Notes under the pieces: generated by a model
Database searches by the model: none
The model's input: the letters and a program-made list of their open reading frames with translations, nothing else
What the model was told of the DNA's origin: nothing
In this document: piece by piece, positions 38,863-49,096 of the stretch
Position numbering within the stretch: the first letter of the stretch is position 1
Layout of the letters: each line of letters starts with the position of its first letter
Program-made: the position numbers and the translations under genes
DNA from: Candidatus Rifleibacterium amylolyticum
GTDB taxonomy: Bacteria > Muiribacteriota > Ozemobacteria > Ozemobacterales > Ozemobacteraceae
Assembly: GCA_009917695.1 (NCBI GenBank)
Contig: JAACJG010000004.1
Location: 211,321 to 275,320 of the forward strand
Length of the DNA: 64,000 nucleotides
Reading direction: 5' to 3'

Positions 38863-39873
38863 TCAGAAATTGTGTGGGGCACCCATATCCCAGCTGGCTA
38901 CCGCATTGACGGCCAGACTTTCAGCTGGCGCGAGATGCGCTGTGAAATAGCCGTGTGCCGCGATCATTGCTGCATTATCAGTGCACAAATGCAGAGTCGG
39001 CAACAGCAGTTCGGCGTGGTAGCGGTCAGCCAGTTGCTGCATGTCCCGTCGCAGCACCGCATTCGCGGCCACGCCTCCCGCAAGAATCAGTCTGCGAGCT
39101 CTGGTTTCCTTGAGTGCCATGCCGACCTTTTCGACAAAAGTCTGGCTGACCGCATGCTGTAGACTGGCGCAGAGGTCGGGCAGGTTGAGTTCGTCCTTTT
39201 CATGCGCGACTATGCGCATAACCGCGGTTTTGAGCCCGCTGAAGCTGAAAACATAGCCTTTGCCGGCCATCGGGCGGGGCAGCTGGTACCTTTTCGGGTC
39301 ACCGTTTTCGCCGGTTTTCTGAATGATCGGTCCGCCAGGATAGCCGAGCTGCAGGTGGCGAGCAACTTTGTCGAAAAGCTCGCCCGGAGCATCGTCGAGT
39401 GTCTGGCCAAGAACCTGATATTGACGTGGTCCTTCTGCCAGAACGAGATTGGCATGACCTCCTGAAACGATAAGACCGAGAAAGGGATACTCAGGCGCGC
39501 GGCCGGCTGCAAGAAATGAGGCGGTCAGGTGCGCCTCAATATGATTGACCGGAACCAGCGGTTTGCCTGTATACCAGGCGAGTGCCTTGGCAGTGCTAAG
39601 ACCGACCAGAAGCGGGCCCAGCAGACCGGGGCCGGCGGTTGCCGCAATCTGATCTATGTCGCTGATTTTCAAGCCGGCTTCCCCGAGGCAGTCACGTAAA
39701 AGTGGCAGAATGGCTTCGAGATGTTTACGCGAGGCGACTTCGGGAACAACGCCGCCAAATCGCCGGTGTATCTCGATCTGAGACGAAACCAGGCTGCTGA
39801 TGACTCTGGTGCCGTTTTCGACGAGGGCGATCGAAGTGTCGTCACATGATGATTCTATGCCGAGTGTTATCAT
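38863..39873 (-). CDS. tsaD: tRNA N6-threonylcarbamoyltransferase TsaD
   Basis: LGIESSCDDT, GGVVPEVASRKH, HIEAH, VSGGH, CTDNAAMI. Confidence 0.97.
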   Translation of the reverse strand: MITLGIESSCDDTSIALVENGTRVISSLVSSQIEIHRRFGGVVPEVASRKHLEAILPLLRDCLGEAGLKISDIDQIAATAGPGLLGPLLVGLSTAKALAWYTGKPLVPVNHIEAHLTASFLAAGRAPEYPFLGLIVSGGHANLVLAEGPRQYQVLGQTLDDAPGELFDKVARHLQLGYPGGPIIQKTGENGDPKRYQLPRPMAGKGYVFSFSGLKTAVMRIVAHEKDELNLPDLCASLQHAVSQTFVEKVGMALKETRARRLILAGGVAANAVLRRDMQQLADRYHAELLLPTLHLCTDNAAMIAAHGYFTAHLAPAESLAVNAVASWDMGAPHNF

Positions 39874-40493
39874 GGTTTTTCCTCAAGTTTGCGTTCAGCC
39901 TGCGACGGAATAACATACATCGGCAGCACTCCGAGAATCTCTTCGAATGTTTCTGCAGCCGGTTGGCTCTTGATGAGCTCGTGCAGAGCTTCTGGTTCCG
40001 GGTCGAGCCGGAGCAGGCCCGGCAGATCGCATCTTATTGCGAAAGCATGCGGCCCAGTGATGGTGGTGCGTGTCTGTAACTCTGGTGACTGACATGTTTG
40101 CGCATCAACATCAGCTTCCACGACAAAAGCCTTGTCGATGAGCGTTGGCAGTATCAGCATGACTTTGCCGCTTTTACCCTGTAGTTGCAGGGTTTTTAAC
40201 GACCACTTGAAAATGTCTATGCCGCTTACTGGCTTATCGCCAATAAGTGCGAGGGTTCGGAAAAATGCTGCCGCTATGCGAAGTCCGGTCAGACTGCCTG
40301 GTCCGGTGCAGATGCTGAGCCGGTCGAGCTCTGCAAAAGAGCTGCCGGCCTGATTTAGCATTTCGTCACAGATTCTGCTGACACAGGCGCCAAGATTGCG
40401 GTCAGTGTCGAAACGCCGGCAGAAGAAACTACTTTCGTCGCCATACTGGCAGTTGGTGGCATTTTCTGAGGCATCTAAAAACAGGTAGCGCAT
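39870..40493 (-). CDS. tsaB: t6A biosynthesis protein TsaB
   Basis: GPGSLTGLRI motif; located between tsaE and tsaD. Confidence 0.9.
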   Translation of the reverse strand: MRYLFLDASENATNCQYGDESSFFCRRFDTDRNLGACVSRICDEMLNQAGSSFAELDRLSICTGPGSLTGLRIAAAFFRTLALIGDKPVSGIDIFKWSLKTLQLQGKSGKVMLILPTLIDKAFVVEADVDAQTCQSPELQTRTTITGPHAFAIRCDLPGLLRLDPEPEALHELIKSQPAAETFEEILGVLPMYVIPSQAERKLEEKP

Positions 40494-40496
40494 TGT

Positions 40497-40928
40497 TCAG
40501 GGTTCCTTCCAGGTCCAGCTGATCAGGCGATCGAATTCTGCCTCGGGATCTGGTTGTTCTATGCAGACTTCGAGGTGCGGCATTTTCTGGAGTTCGGCGA
40601 CGCGTTCGGCCCATTCCACCAGGCAGGGATTACCTGTCTGTAATATCTCGAAAAGACCGATATCGATAACCTCTTCGAAGCAGTTGACGCGGTAGAGATC
40701 GAGGTGAAAGAGTGATCTGCCGCCGCTGCGGTATTCGTTCATCAGCGTATAAGAAGGGCTCGAGACATGGCCGTCGATGTTGAGTCCGCGGGCAAATCCT
40801 CGGGCAAACAGCGTCTTGCCGGCACCAAGTCCGCCGTGCAGAAGAACCAGCGCTTTCGGATACTGTTGGGCCAGCTGCCCGGCGATCTCGAGAGTTTGTT
40901 CAGGTGATTGGCTGCGTATCGGTTCCAT
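40497..40928 (-). CDS. tsaE: t6A biosynthesis ATPase TsaE
   Basis: GGLGAGKT, VSSPSYTL, HLDLYR, VEWAE. Confidence 0.95.
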   Translation of the reverse strand: MEPIRSQSPEQTLEIAGQLAQQYPKALVLLHGGLGAGKTLFARGFARGLNIDGHVSSPSYTLMNEYRSGGRSLFHLDLYRVNCFEEVIDIGLFEILQTGNPCLVEWAERVAELQKMPHLEVCIEQPDPEAEFDRLISWTWKEP

Positions 40929-43228
40929 CAGTCTCTCAATTCAGTTGCCAGAACTATGTCGCGGTTGATGCAGGTAAGGCAGTTGAGCAGTTTGTCGCGC
41001 AGACTCTGATCTTTAACCGCATCGCGAATCTGCCTGATCAGATCGATAACCTGACGAAAGGCCCTGATCAGATCTCCTTCAGGGATGTCGGCCATCGCCA
41101 TCATATCTTCAAATGCACACCCCTGGCTCCAGGCCAGCATAAGATTGCAGATTCTCGTTTCCAGGGGCTTGATAAAAGCATGTTGTCGTGCCAGCGAATT
41201 GACGAAGCCGCGTGCACTCTTCAGCTTTTCCGGCAGTTTGGCTACCGGGCGTGGTGTTTCGTTGTTGCTGGCGCGCCGCCGGTGTTCGTAAACCAGTGAC
41301 AGGCAGATCGCGTTGATTTCGTGCTCGTTGCATTCATGAAAATAGCCGGCAAAATAGAGTTCGGTGACAGCAATCTCTTCGGTATGAATGCGGCTGGCGA
41401 GTTCTCCGCGCGCGAGCAGGCCCTTTTCATCAATATAGCCAAGTTGGCGCAACAGTTCGAGTTTGCGCTCATACAATGGTAGTTGCAGCTCTTCCTGCTC
41501 TTCAAGCAGTCCGCGCCAGTAATTTAGCTTTTTGCGCAGGCGTGCAGCCTGATTATAACGCGAAACACATTTGTTCTTGCTGCGGCAGCGGCCACAGATA
41601 AAATTTCTTTCCTGTTCCAGCATTTCCTGGTGCTGGGCCGAAAATTGCTTTTCAATATCTTCCTGATAGGTGCGGTTACGCTTTCCACGCATACCGTAAC
41701 GAATCTGGTCGAGCTGGCGGTGCATGGTGTCAACCTTTTCTCGCATCTTTTTCTGGAACACCATGAATTCATCAAAGTCGTTTTTCTTTTCGGGGCAGCG
41801 CGGCATGACCTGCTCGATCTCATAGCGAATCTTGGCGACTTTCTCAGCCAGTTCCGGCAGCATTTTGTTTGCCTGAAACTGTGCAAAGTTGCGTTTGAGA
41901 ATCATGCGAACTTCGTCGGATTTATGGCCAGAATACAGGTTCAGAACACTGTTGAATGACAGATCGAACTGGCTCAGCAGCGGCTCGATGTCGCCATAAA
42001 CGAGAGTCTGCAGTTCCTCCAGCGACAGGTCGCGTGGCAGGTGCGGAACAACCACCCAGCCGGTTTTGTCGATACCACGCCGGCCGGCGCGCCCTGAAAT
42101 CTGAGTGAATTCAAGCGACTTCATCGGGCGGAAGGTGCGTCCGTCATATTTTTTGAGAGCATCGTAAGCTACGCTGCGGGCCGGCATGTTAACGCCGACG
42201 GCGAAAGTTTCGGTTACGAAAAGCACTCTGAGTGTGCGTTCGGCGAACAGTATCTCGACGAGTTCCTTGAGCTGCGGAAGCAGGCCGGCATGATGTCTGC
42301 CAACGCCGCGTATCAGTTCTTCGCGCAGATTCTGTGCTGTTTCGAGGTTATGCAGCTGGTATTTTTCGATGCAGTTATCAACCATTTCCTCGATGCGTGC
42401 TTTTTCTTCAGGTGAGGTGAAGTCGAGCTTCTGGGCGGTATCACGTGCCAGTTTGTCGGCAAGCGCCCGTGAAAATACGAAATAGAGCAGGGGCAGGCGA
42501 TCCTGACTGCGCAGCTGTCTGATGATATCGAAGTGTCTGAAATCGCCTTCCTTTTTGGCGCGGCGGTCGCGTGGACCCTCGGTCATCGCTGATTTGCCGC
42601 GCAGCTTGCTGCGCAGATCCTTGAAAGTCAGTAATTGTTTGTTGTAGTTGAAAAGAAACGACAGCGGTACTGCGCGCTGGTTATGGCTGATAACCTTGAC
42701 CTGGTGGTCGATGACCGATTCGATCCAGCGCGCCAGTTCGTCGCAGTTCGGAATAGTCGCCGAAAGCGCAAGAAACCGCACGGTCTTCGGCGAAAAGATA
42801 ATCGATTCTTCCCAGACGGTGCCGCGTTCGATGTCACCGAGATAGTGAATCTCGTCGAAGATTACGTATGATACATCGGCAATGGCCTCGGGGTCTTCGA
42901 TTGCCATGTTGCGGTAGACTTCGGTGGTGACGATCAAAGCCTGGGCGTCTCGATTGATGACGACGTCGCCGGTCAGAATGCCGACCTTGTCGCCGTAGAG
43001 CCGCGAAAAATCACGATATTTCTGGTTCGACAGCGCCTTGATCGGCGACGTGTAAATGATGCGCTGATCGGTTTTGAGAACTTTTTCAATGAGATACTCG
43101 GCTACGAGAGTCTTGCCTGACCCGGTCGGGGCCGAAAGAACCAGCGAATGACCGTTTTCGATCTCGGTGATTGACTGAATCTGAAATTCATCGAGAACGT
43201 AGTCGCGGTATTTTACATTTAATTCCAT
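40928..43228 (-). CDS. Ski2-like (HelY-type) DExH helicase with DSHCT-like C-terminus
   Basis: APTGSGKT, SPIKALSNQK, DEIHY, SAT, TETFAVGVNMPA, GRAGRRG, EGDLIR. Confidence 0.92.
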   Translation of the reverse strand: MELNVKYRDYVLDEFQIQSITEIENGHSLVLSAPTGSGKTLVAEYLIEKVLKTDQRIIYTSPIKALSNQKYRDFSRLYGDKVGILTGDVVINRDAQALIVTTEVYRNMAIEDPEAIADVSYVIFDEIHYLGDIERGTVWEESIIFSPKTVRFLALSATIPNCDELARWIESVIDHQVKVISHNQRAVPLSFLFNYNKQLLTFKDLRSKLRGKSAMTEGPRDRRAKKEGDFRHFDIIRQLRSQDRLPLLYFVFSRALADKLARDTAQKLDFTSPEEKARIEEMVDNCIEKYQLHNLETAQNLREELIRGVGRHHAGLLPQLKELVEILFAERTLRVLFVTETFAVGVNMPARSVAYDALKKYDGRTFRPMKSLEFTQISGRAGRRGIDKTGWVVVPHLPRDLSLEELQTLVYGDIEPLLSQFDLSFNSVLNLYSGHKSDEVRMILKRNFAQFQANKMLPELAEKVAKIRYEIEQVMPRCPEKKNDFDEFMVFQKKMREKVDTMHRQLDQIRYGMRGKRNRTYQEDIEKQFSAQHQEMLEQERNFICGRCRSKNKCVSRYNQAARLRKKLNYWRGLLEEQEELQLPLYERKLELLRQLGYIDEKGLLARGELASRIHTEEIAVTELYFAGYFHECNEHEINAICLSLVYEHRRRASNNETPRPVAKLPEKLKSARGFVNSLARQHAFIKPLETRICNLMLAWSQGCAFEDMMAMADIPEGDLIRAFRQVIDLIRQIRDAVKDQSLRDKLLNCLTCINRDIVLATELRD

Positions 43229-43435
43229 AAATTGACGGCTTGTGTTTCCTTGCTAAGTTTAATGCTTCGACAACGGGCAAAAAATTATACCCTATTCCCC
43301 GCCAAGCTTCAACACTCCATCGAACACATTCCGTAAAGCTTCAGTCTTAAGTTGGATTGCCTATGTTGCGTAGATTTGCAGCAACAAGATATTGTTTGCT
43401 TACCCGTGCTCTCGACAGGGTTAGGCAGCTCTTAC

Positions 43436-43612
43436 GGCTTCAGCCGTTAGAGATGCGTATGCAAAGCCTCAACGCTACAACTCTCGCCAGACGCAATCTA
43501 TGGTAAATAGCTATGGCTTTGCGTCAACATTGCCTGGCTCGGCCGAGCTGCTCTATCCTGCGCAGCTCGGCATAAGCACATCCGTGTGCAAAAAGTTTTC
43601 GCTTATGAGATC
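43436..43612 (-). repeat. Dispersed non-coding repeat, copy 2, carrying a ~50 bp hairpin insertion
   Basis: Reverse complement of 866-1004 with an added GCCGAGCTGC...GCAGCTCGGC stem and GCACATCCGTGTGC. Confidence 0.8.
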
Positions 43613-43688
43613 CCTGTCTGCGCACTCACAATCATAATTCCACCCGAAACTGAATCTTTGCCACATTACACAGAATCGCCGAATACGC

Positions 43689-43967
43689 ATCCACATATCT
43701 CGCAGATATGCGCAGATTTACCGTAATCCTGCGCACGGTCGCAGGCTCTCATTGAATGCGAATTCTCTCTAACGGCTTTTAATAGTGTCTCAGTCGCTTT
43801 GTGCGTGGCCTCGTCTAATCTGAGAAATCGGAGTAATCTGTGGATGTCGTTCTGCCTTTTGTCTTACTTCCTTTTTCTCTTTCATTCTCTCTTTTTTCTT
43901 AGTGTCTTTGCGGCTCAGTGCGAACTTTCTTCGTTCTAACCTGAGAAATCGGAGTAATCTTTGGATG
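43689..43967. repeat. Cluster of ATCCGCAGATT-family intergenic repeats
   Basis: Forward unit ~43689; two reverse units CTGAGAAATCGGAGTAATCT.TGGATG at ~43820 and ~43941. Confidence 0.7.
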
Positions 43968-43975
43968 CCCTGCTG

Positions 43976-44683
43976 CTATTCTGACACCGCTTCTTTGGTT
44001 TCGGTGTTGTAGGTGATCTTCTGACCCTCGAGACGGCGCTTTTCCATTTTGCCGGTTTTGGGGTTGAGTTCCTGTGTCTCGACCATGGCATCGCCGGTAA
44101 GAATGGCGGTCGAACTTTCGTGTATGTAGTCGAGTCGATGCCCGCGCCCGTAACTGTCTTTTTCTTTGATGCGCACGTTGCCACTGAATATAAGTCGTTT
44201 CTGGTCGCGGAAACCCAGCATCTCATCAGCAGTTATGATGACCCACGAATAGGTGGCGAGATCCCATGAGCGCTCTTCGATCTTGACGTTGACGCTGTCG
44301 GAAGCATTGAAGCGCCCCTTGTCGCTGTCGAAAAAGATGCTGCGCGCTTCGATATTGGTTTCTCTGATCAGCTTCTGCTCGGGAATAGTCTCGCGGCGAT
44401 AAATGCGAGGGGTCAGGCTGGCGAGCAGCCAGCGCGGCGAATTGCTGACCAGTGCCCGGTTGCAGGTCAGTATGTCGCCTTCGCGGGTTGCTCTGACATC
44501 GCCTTCAAGCGTGGCAATACCATCTTTGACCAGCATGGTGTTGGCTGTAATCACTATATCTGGCTTGCCCTCAGGGATATGAAAAGTCATGCTCCCTGGC
44601 TCAAACGATATTTCAGCAGCCATTACACTCAACGCAATGCACAAAAGTGCCATCGCCAGCAGAATTTTCACCTGTTTTTTCAT
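43976..44683 (-). CDS. LptA/OstA-like periplasmic beta-jellyroll protein
   Basis: Signal peptide; ITADEM, FSGNVRI, AILTGDAMV, LEGQKITYN. Confidence 0.78.
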   Translation of the reverse strand: MKKQVKILLAMALLCIALSVMAAEISFEPGSMTFHIPEGKPDIVITANTMLVKDGIATLEGDVRATREGDILTCNRALVSNSPRWLLASLTPRIYRRETIPEQKLIRETNIEARSIFFDSDKGRFNASDSVNVKIEERSWDLATYSWVIITADEMLGFRDQKRLIFSGNVRIKEKDSYGRGHRLDYIHESSTAILTGDAMVETQELNPKTGKMEKRRLEGQKITYNTETKEAVSE

Positions 44684-44725
44684 ACCGCGCATTATATCTT
44701 ATCACCCAACTCATATCAATCTCAA

Positions 44726-44977
44726 AATCGTGCTCGTAATCCTAATCGTTCTCGCCAGAACGAATGATCCGCAGATTTCGCAGATAACGCAGGTTTCTTG
44801 TGAGGGATGGTCGGTATTTCAGTGTCTTTGTTGTTTCGAGGCTCAGTGCGAGCTGTTTTCGCCCTGCATTTGCGCAATCGGCGTAATCGATGGATGTCTT
44901 TCTTTCATTCTTTGTGTCTCTACGGCTTTGTGCGAGTTCTTCTCTCTCGTGCTCGTGTTCGTAATTGTTCTCGCCAT
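44726..44977. repeat. Composite intergenic repeat (CTCGTGCTCGTAATCG family plus an ATCCGCAGATT inverted pair)
   Basis: ATCGTGCTCGTAATCCTAATCGTTCTCGCC ~44728 and CTCGTGCTCGTGTTCGTAATTGTTCTCGCC ~44946 flank ATCCGCAGATTTCGCAGAT / GCGCAATCGGCGTAATCGATGGAT. Confidence 0.7.
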
Positions 44978-45124
44978 CGAATCTGGCTTGAACTTTCTAC
45001 AGACGCGCTTGACCGGGGGCACCGGTCGAGCTGGCGCGGTAAATTGTGCTTGCGGTGTTATCTGATCTGATGGTATAAAAGGGCACATCATTCCATATGA
45101 CGAATACAGGAGGCCTGTCCCCTA

Positions 45125-47686
45125 ATGAAGCCAATCCGGACATTTATCGTGGTTCCCAGTCTGCCCGAATCTCTGGCTCCGCTCAAAGAGCTCGCCTACA
45201 ATCTCTGGTGGTGCTGGAACCCTGAAGCAATAGCGCTGTGGCGCCGACTTGACCCGGTCGAATGGGAAACAACCTACCACAACCCGGTAAAGATGCTGGG
45301 CTCGATTTCGCAGGAACGTCTCGAAGCTAAATCGCGCGACGAAGCCTTTCTTGCCAATCTTACCCGCGTTCACGAACATTTTAAAGCCTACATGGAAGAT
45401 CGCCAGACCTGGTTCGCCAAGAACCACGGCTACCGCGAGCGACCGGTCGTTGCCTATTACTCTGCTGAATTCGGCCTGACCGAAAGTGTACGCCTCTATT
45501 CAGGCGGCCTCGGCATGCTCGCCGGCGACCATCTCAAGTCTGCTTCCGATCTCGGTATTCCGCTCGTCGGTATCGGCATGCTTTACCGCGTTGGCTACTT
45601 CCAGCAGAAGCTCAATGCCGGAGGCTACCAGCAGGAAGTCTACCCCGAAAACGATTTTCACAATATGCCGATTGAACCGGTTAAAGACAGTTCCGGCAAG
45701 CACCTGCGCATCAGCGTGCAGTTGCCCGGTCGTTCTCTCTACTGTCTGATCTGGAAGCTTCAGGTCGGGCGCGTGCCTCTTTATCTGCTCGACACCGACA
45801 CTCCCGAGAACTCAGCCGGCGATCGCTGGATTACTCGTGAGCTTTATGGTGGCGATACTGAAACCCGCATCATGCAGGAAATAGTGCTCGGTATCGGCGG
45901 TTTGCGTGCTCTGCACGCCCTCGATCTGCACCCCTGCGTCTATCACATGAACGAAGGTCACTCGGCTTTCCTGGCGCTCGAGCGCATAGCCGTTGCCATG
46001 GAACGCCACCAGATGACTTTCCGCGAAGCACTTGAGCTGACCCGTTCCGGTAACGTCTTTACCACGCATACGCCGGTTCCGGCCGGTATCGACGTGTTTA
46101 CCCGTGAGCTGATGGACAAATATTTCTCACAGTATTACTCGAAGCTCGGCATCAGCTGGCAGGAATTTCTCGATCTTGGCTGGCAGAACAACACGCCCAA
46201 AGGCGATGGATTCTCGATGGCCGTCTGCGCGCTCAATCTCTGCGGCGAAGCAAACGGCGTCAGCAAGCTGCACGGCAAGGTTTCGCGCCAGATGTGGGGT
46301 AATCTCTATCCGCAGGTGCCTTTCCAGGAAATCCCGATCAAGTCGATTACCAACGGCGTTCATACACATTCATACGTTTCTACCGAAATGTCGGCGCTGT
46401 TCGATCGTTATCTCGGGCCGCGCTGGGTCATGAATCCCGGTGATCAGACAGTCTGGGATAAAATAGAAATGATCCCGATGGAAGAACTCTGGCGAACGCA
46501 TGAGCGCCGGCGTGAGCGCCTCGTTGCCTTTGCCCGCAGCCGCCTCGAAAAGCAGCTGCGCCACCGCAACGCGCCCCCTTCCGAAATCGCCCAGGCTGCC
46601 GAAGTGCTTGATCCTGAAGTTCTGACCATAGGATTTGCCCGCCGCTTTGCCACCTACAAGCGCGCGACACTGCTGTTCAAGGATCTTGACCGCCTTATCA
46701 GAATTCTCACCAACAAAGACAAGCCGATTCAGATTATTGTTGCCGGTAAAGCGCATCCCAAAGATGAACCCGGCAAGAACTTCATAAAGGAAATCGTCAA
46801 ACAGAGCAATGACCCGCGTCTGCGTCGCCACATCGTTTTTATTGAAGACTACGATGTCGTGGTTGCGCGTTACCTCGTGCAGGGAGTCGATGTCTGGCTC
46901 AACAACCCGCGTCGCCCACAGGAAGCCAGCGGCACCTCAGGTATGAAAGCAGCAGCTAACGGCGTTCTCAATCTTTCCATTCTCGATGGCTGGTGGGATG
47001 AAGCTTATGAGCCCGGTATCGGCTGGGCTATCGGCACCCGCGAAGAGTATGCCGATTCTGACTATCAGGACGAAATCGAAGCTAACTCGCTTTATGAGCT
47101 GCTGGAAAAGGAAGTTGCGCCGACCTTTTACGACCTGTCGAGCGACCATCTGCCGCGGCGCTGGATCACCATGATGAAAGACTGCATGCGCAAGGTCAAC
47201 CCGGTGTTCAATACCAACCGTATGGTTGCCGAATACAATGACCGTTTCTACGTGCCGGCTGATAAACGCTACGGTGCTCTTTCAGATAACGACCGCAAGC
47301 GTGCCCGCGAACTTGCCGCCTGGCTCGACAACGTGCGCAGCAACTGGAAGGCAATCAGAATCGAACACATCGAAGCCAATGGCAGTCCGGAACATCATGT
47401 TGGTGATCTCATCGAAGTCAAGGCGCGCGTCAATCTCGCCGGCCTCAAGGCTTCAGATGTGCTGGTTCAGGTTTTCTACGGCCAGATGAAGAGCGAAGAC
47501 GATGTGCGCCAGGGCGACATTCTCGATCTCAAACTGGTGAAGCAGGAAGGTTCTATCGCCGAATTCAAGGGTGGTATTCCGCTTACCACCAGCGGCAAGA
47601 TGGGCCTGGCCGTGCGCCTGCTGCCGTCACACGCCGATCTCGTTCACCCGCTGCTGACCGGCCACATTCTCTGGGCCAACAACTGA
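45125..47686 (+). CDS. glgP: Alpha-glucan (glycogen) phosphorylase
   Basis: YSGGLGMLAGDHLK, HMNEGH, FARRFATYKR, EASGTSGMK PLP motif. Confidence 0.96.
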   Translation: MKPIRTFIVVPSLPESLAPLKELAYNLWWCWNPEAIALWRRLDPVEWETTYHNPVKMLGSISQERLEAKSRDEAFLANLTRVHEHFKAYMEDRQTWFAKNHGYRERPVVAYYSAEFGLTESVRLYSGGLGMLAGDHLKSASDLGIPLVGIGMLYRVGYFQQKLNAGGYQQEVYPENDFHNMPIEPVKDSSGKHLRISVQLPGRSLYCLIWKLQVGRVPLYLLDTDTPENSAGDRWITRELYGGDTETRIMQEIVLGIGGLRALHALDLHPCVYHMNEGHSAFLALERIAVAMERHQMTFREALELTRSGNVFTTHTPVPAGIDVFTRELMDKYFSQYYSKLGISWQEFLDLGWQNNTPKGDGFSMAVCALNLCGEANGVSKLHGKVSRQMWGNLYPQVPFQEIPIKSITNGVHTHSYVSTEMSALFDRYLGPRWVMNPGDQTVWDKIEMIPMEELWRTHERRRERLVAFARSRLEKQLRHRNAPPSEIAQAAEVLDPEVLTIGFARRFATYKRATLLFKDLDRLIRILTNKDKPIQIIVAGKAHPKDEPGKNFIKEIVKQSNDPRLRRHIVFIEDYDVVVARYLVQGVDVWLNNPRRPQEASGTSGMKAAANGVLNLSILDGWWDEAYEPGIGWAIGTREEYADSDYQDEIEANSLYELLEKEVAPTFYDLSSDHLPRRWITMMKDCMRKVNPVFNTNRMVAEYNDRFYVPADKRYGALSDNDRKRARELAAWLDNVRSNWKAIRIEHIEANGSPEHHVGDLIEVKARVNLAGLKASDVLVQVFYGQMKSEDDVRQGDILDLKLVKQEGSIAEFKGGIPLTTSGKMGLAVRLLPSHADLVHPLLTGHILWANN

Positions 47687-47703
47687 TTCTCTGACTTTAC
47701 ATA

Positions 47704-47742
47704 AAAGCCCCCGGCGACACCAGTTCGCCGGGGGCTTTCTTT
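47704..47742 (+). terminator. Rho-independent terminator
   Basis: AAAGCCCCCGGCGA...TCGCCGGGGGCTTTCTTT. Confidence 0.88.
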
Positions 47743-47751
47743 AACCATTCA

Positions 47752-47986
47752 TTATCCGCAGATTTCGTATGATTTTTCGTGCTCAGCAGCGCGGTAATCG
47801 TAATCGTTCTCGTAATCGGCGTCATAATCGTTGACTTCAGAAGCCGCGATTACGACCAAAGCGTAGTGCGATGGTTGTGTTGTTTGCAGTCATTCTGCGC
47901 GCAGCGAAGCGAAGTCGCAGAATCCATTTTCGATGCTTGAGCAAACTTTTCTACAAATCTGCGGCAATCGGTGAAATCGGTGGATT
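47752..47986. repeat. Composite REP-like element (three families nested)
   Basis: TTATCCGCAGATT...GTAATCGTAATCGTTCTCGTAATCG...GTCATTCTGCGCGCAGCGAAGCGAAGTCGCAGAATCC...AATCTGCGGCAATCGGTGAAATCGGTGGAT. Confidence 0.75.
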
Positions 47987-47992
47987 GTCTTC

Positions 47993-48907
47993 TCAGAATT
48001 TGTATTCGTATTCGGCGGTGAAGTGCCAATAGCCAAACTCGTCGTCTTTGAGCTTGTTGAAAAGGTTTGGCATCAGGCCCGGCGTGTCTTTCTGCAGGCT
48101 CATGCTCATCAGGCCCATCTGCGACATTTCGGTGCCGAACTGCGTGTAGCCGTCGAGAAAAGCACCGCCGCCAACGCTGAGTTTGAAGCCCTTGAACGGT
48201 CGGTAGCCGAGCTTGCCGATGAAGGTTTTGCGCATAGAATAGGTGTCGGCTTTCGACAGATTGAGTTCGCCCGACCAGGTCATGCGGTGCCAGACGGTGC
48301 CGGCCAGGCCGATGCTGGCGCTTTTGGCGTCGAGTTTATGGCGCCCCTGCTCGATAGTGCCGAAGCTGGCTTTGGCCATAACCATCAGATGCTGGTTGAC
48401 CCAGTGGTTGATTTCACCCTTGAAGGCGTTGGAACTGGCTTCGTTAAGGTATATGGTCGCCAGTCCGCGCCGGTAAGGTTTGGGTGTCAGTTCTTCGTTG
48501 GCATAGCCGACGGTCGCGGCAGTTCGCGAAAAATCGTTGCCGTGGCAGTCCATGCAGCTGTTGGCGCCGGGTTTGAGATCTTTCGAACGATAAACCTGAA
48601 CGTCGATTACATCGCGGGTATAGTCGAAATCGAAGCGTGTGGCTGACCCACGCAGCTCTACATCGCTTTCACTGTGGGTATAACGCACGCGTTTGAACCC
48701 TTCAACGCTGATAAAATTGCGCCATTCATTGGCCGTGCGGCCTTCGAACGATTTGGGAACATGCAGTTGCAGGCGGTCGTGCCCGATCTTAACGCTCTGC
48801 CCGATATCAGCGCCAGCCGGCGAACCGATTTCCCACATTTCTGCTGCCGTTGCCGACCCAACCAGGCCTATTGCCAGACATACCACAAACAAAACTATCT
48901 TTTTCAA
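47993..48907 (-). CDS. Putative outer-membrane beta-barrel protein with one CxxCH motif
   Basis: Sec signal (ATA|A), alternating beta-strand pattern, terminal FTAEYEYKF, internal CMDCH. Confidence 0.7.
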   Translation of the reverse strand: MKKIVLFVVCLAIGLVGSATAAEMWEIGSPAGADIGQSVKIGHDRLQLHVPKSFEGRTANEWRNFISVEGFKRVRYTHSESDVELRGSATRFDFDYTRDVIDVQVYRSKDLKPGANSCMDCHGNDFSRTAATVGYANEELTPKPYRRGLATIYLNEASSNAFKGEINHWVNQHLMVMAKASFGTIEQGRHKLDAKSASIGLAGTVWHRMTWSGELNLSKADTYSMRKTFIGKLGYRPFKGFKLSVGGGAFLDGYTQFGTEMSQMGLMSMSLQKDTPGLMPNLFNKLKDDEFGYWHFTAEYEYKF

Positions 48908-49096
48908 GCTGATGCCTCTTTGTTGATTTAATGTCTGAGCATGCTATCAGATAAGCCCCAATTTGTCACGACCCCAGCACAACCTGTTTCAGAAAGCCTT
49001 GTTATTCGCAGATTAAGCCGATCTCCGCAGAATAAAGCCGAAAACCCTCACGCAGAGGCGCAGAGGGGCAAGGCCAGAACAACTGTATCCAGCTCT

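Noticed and set aside
44589-45091. Short ORFs between the LptA-like gene and glgP
   Set aside because: They are translations of REP-like repeat sequence
48023-48646. 207-aa plus-strand ORF (and similar shadows such as 1076..1579, 16375..17127, 18621..19316)
   Set aside because: Antisense to well-supported genes, with no recognisable motifs
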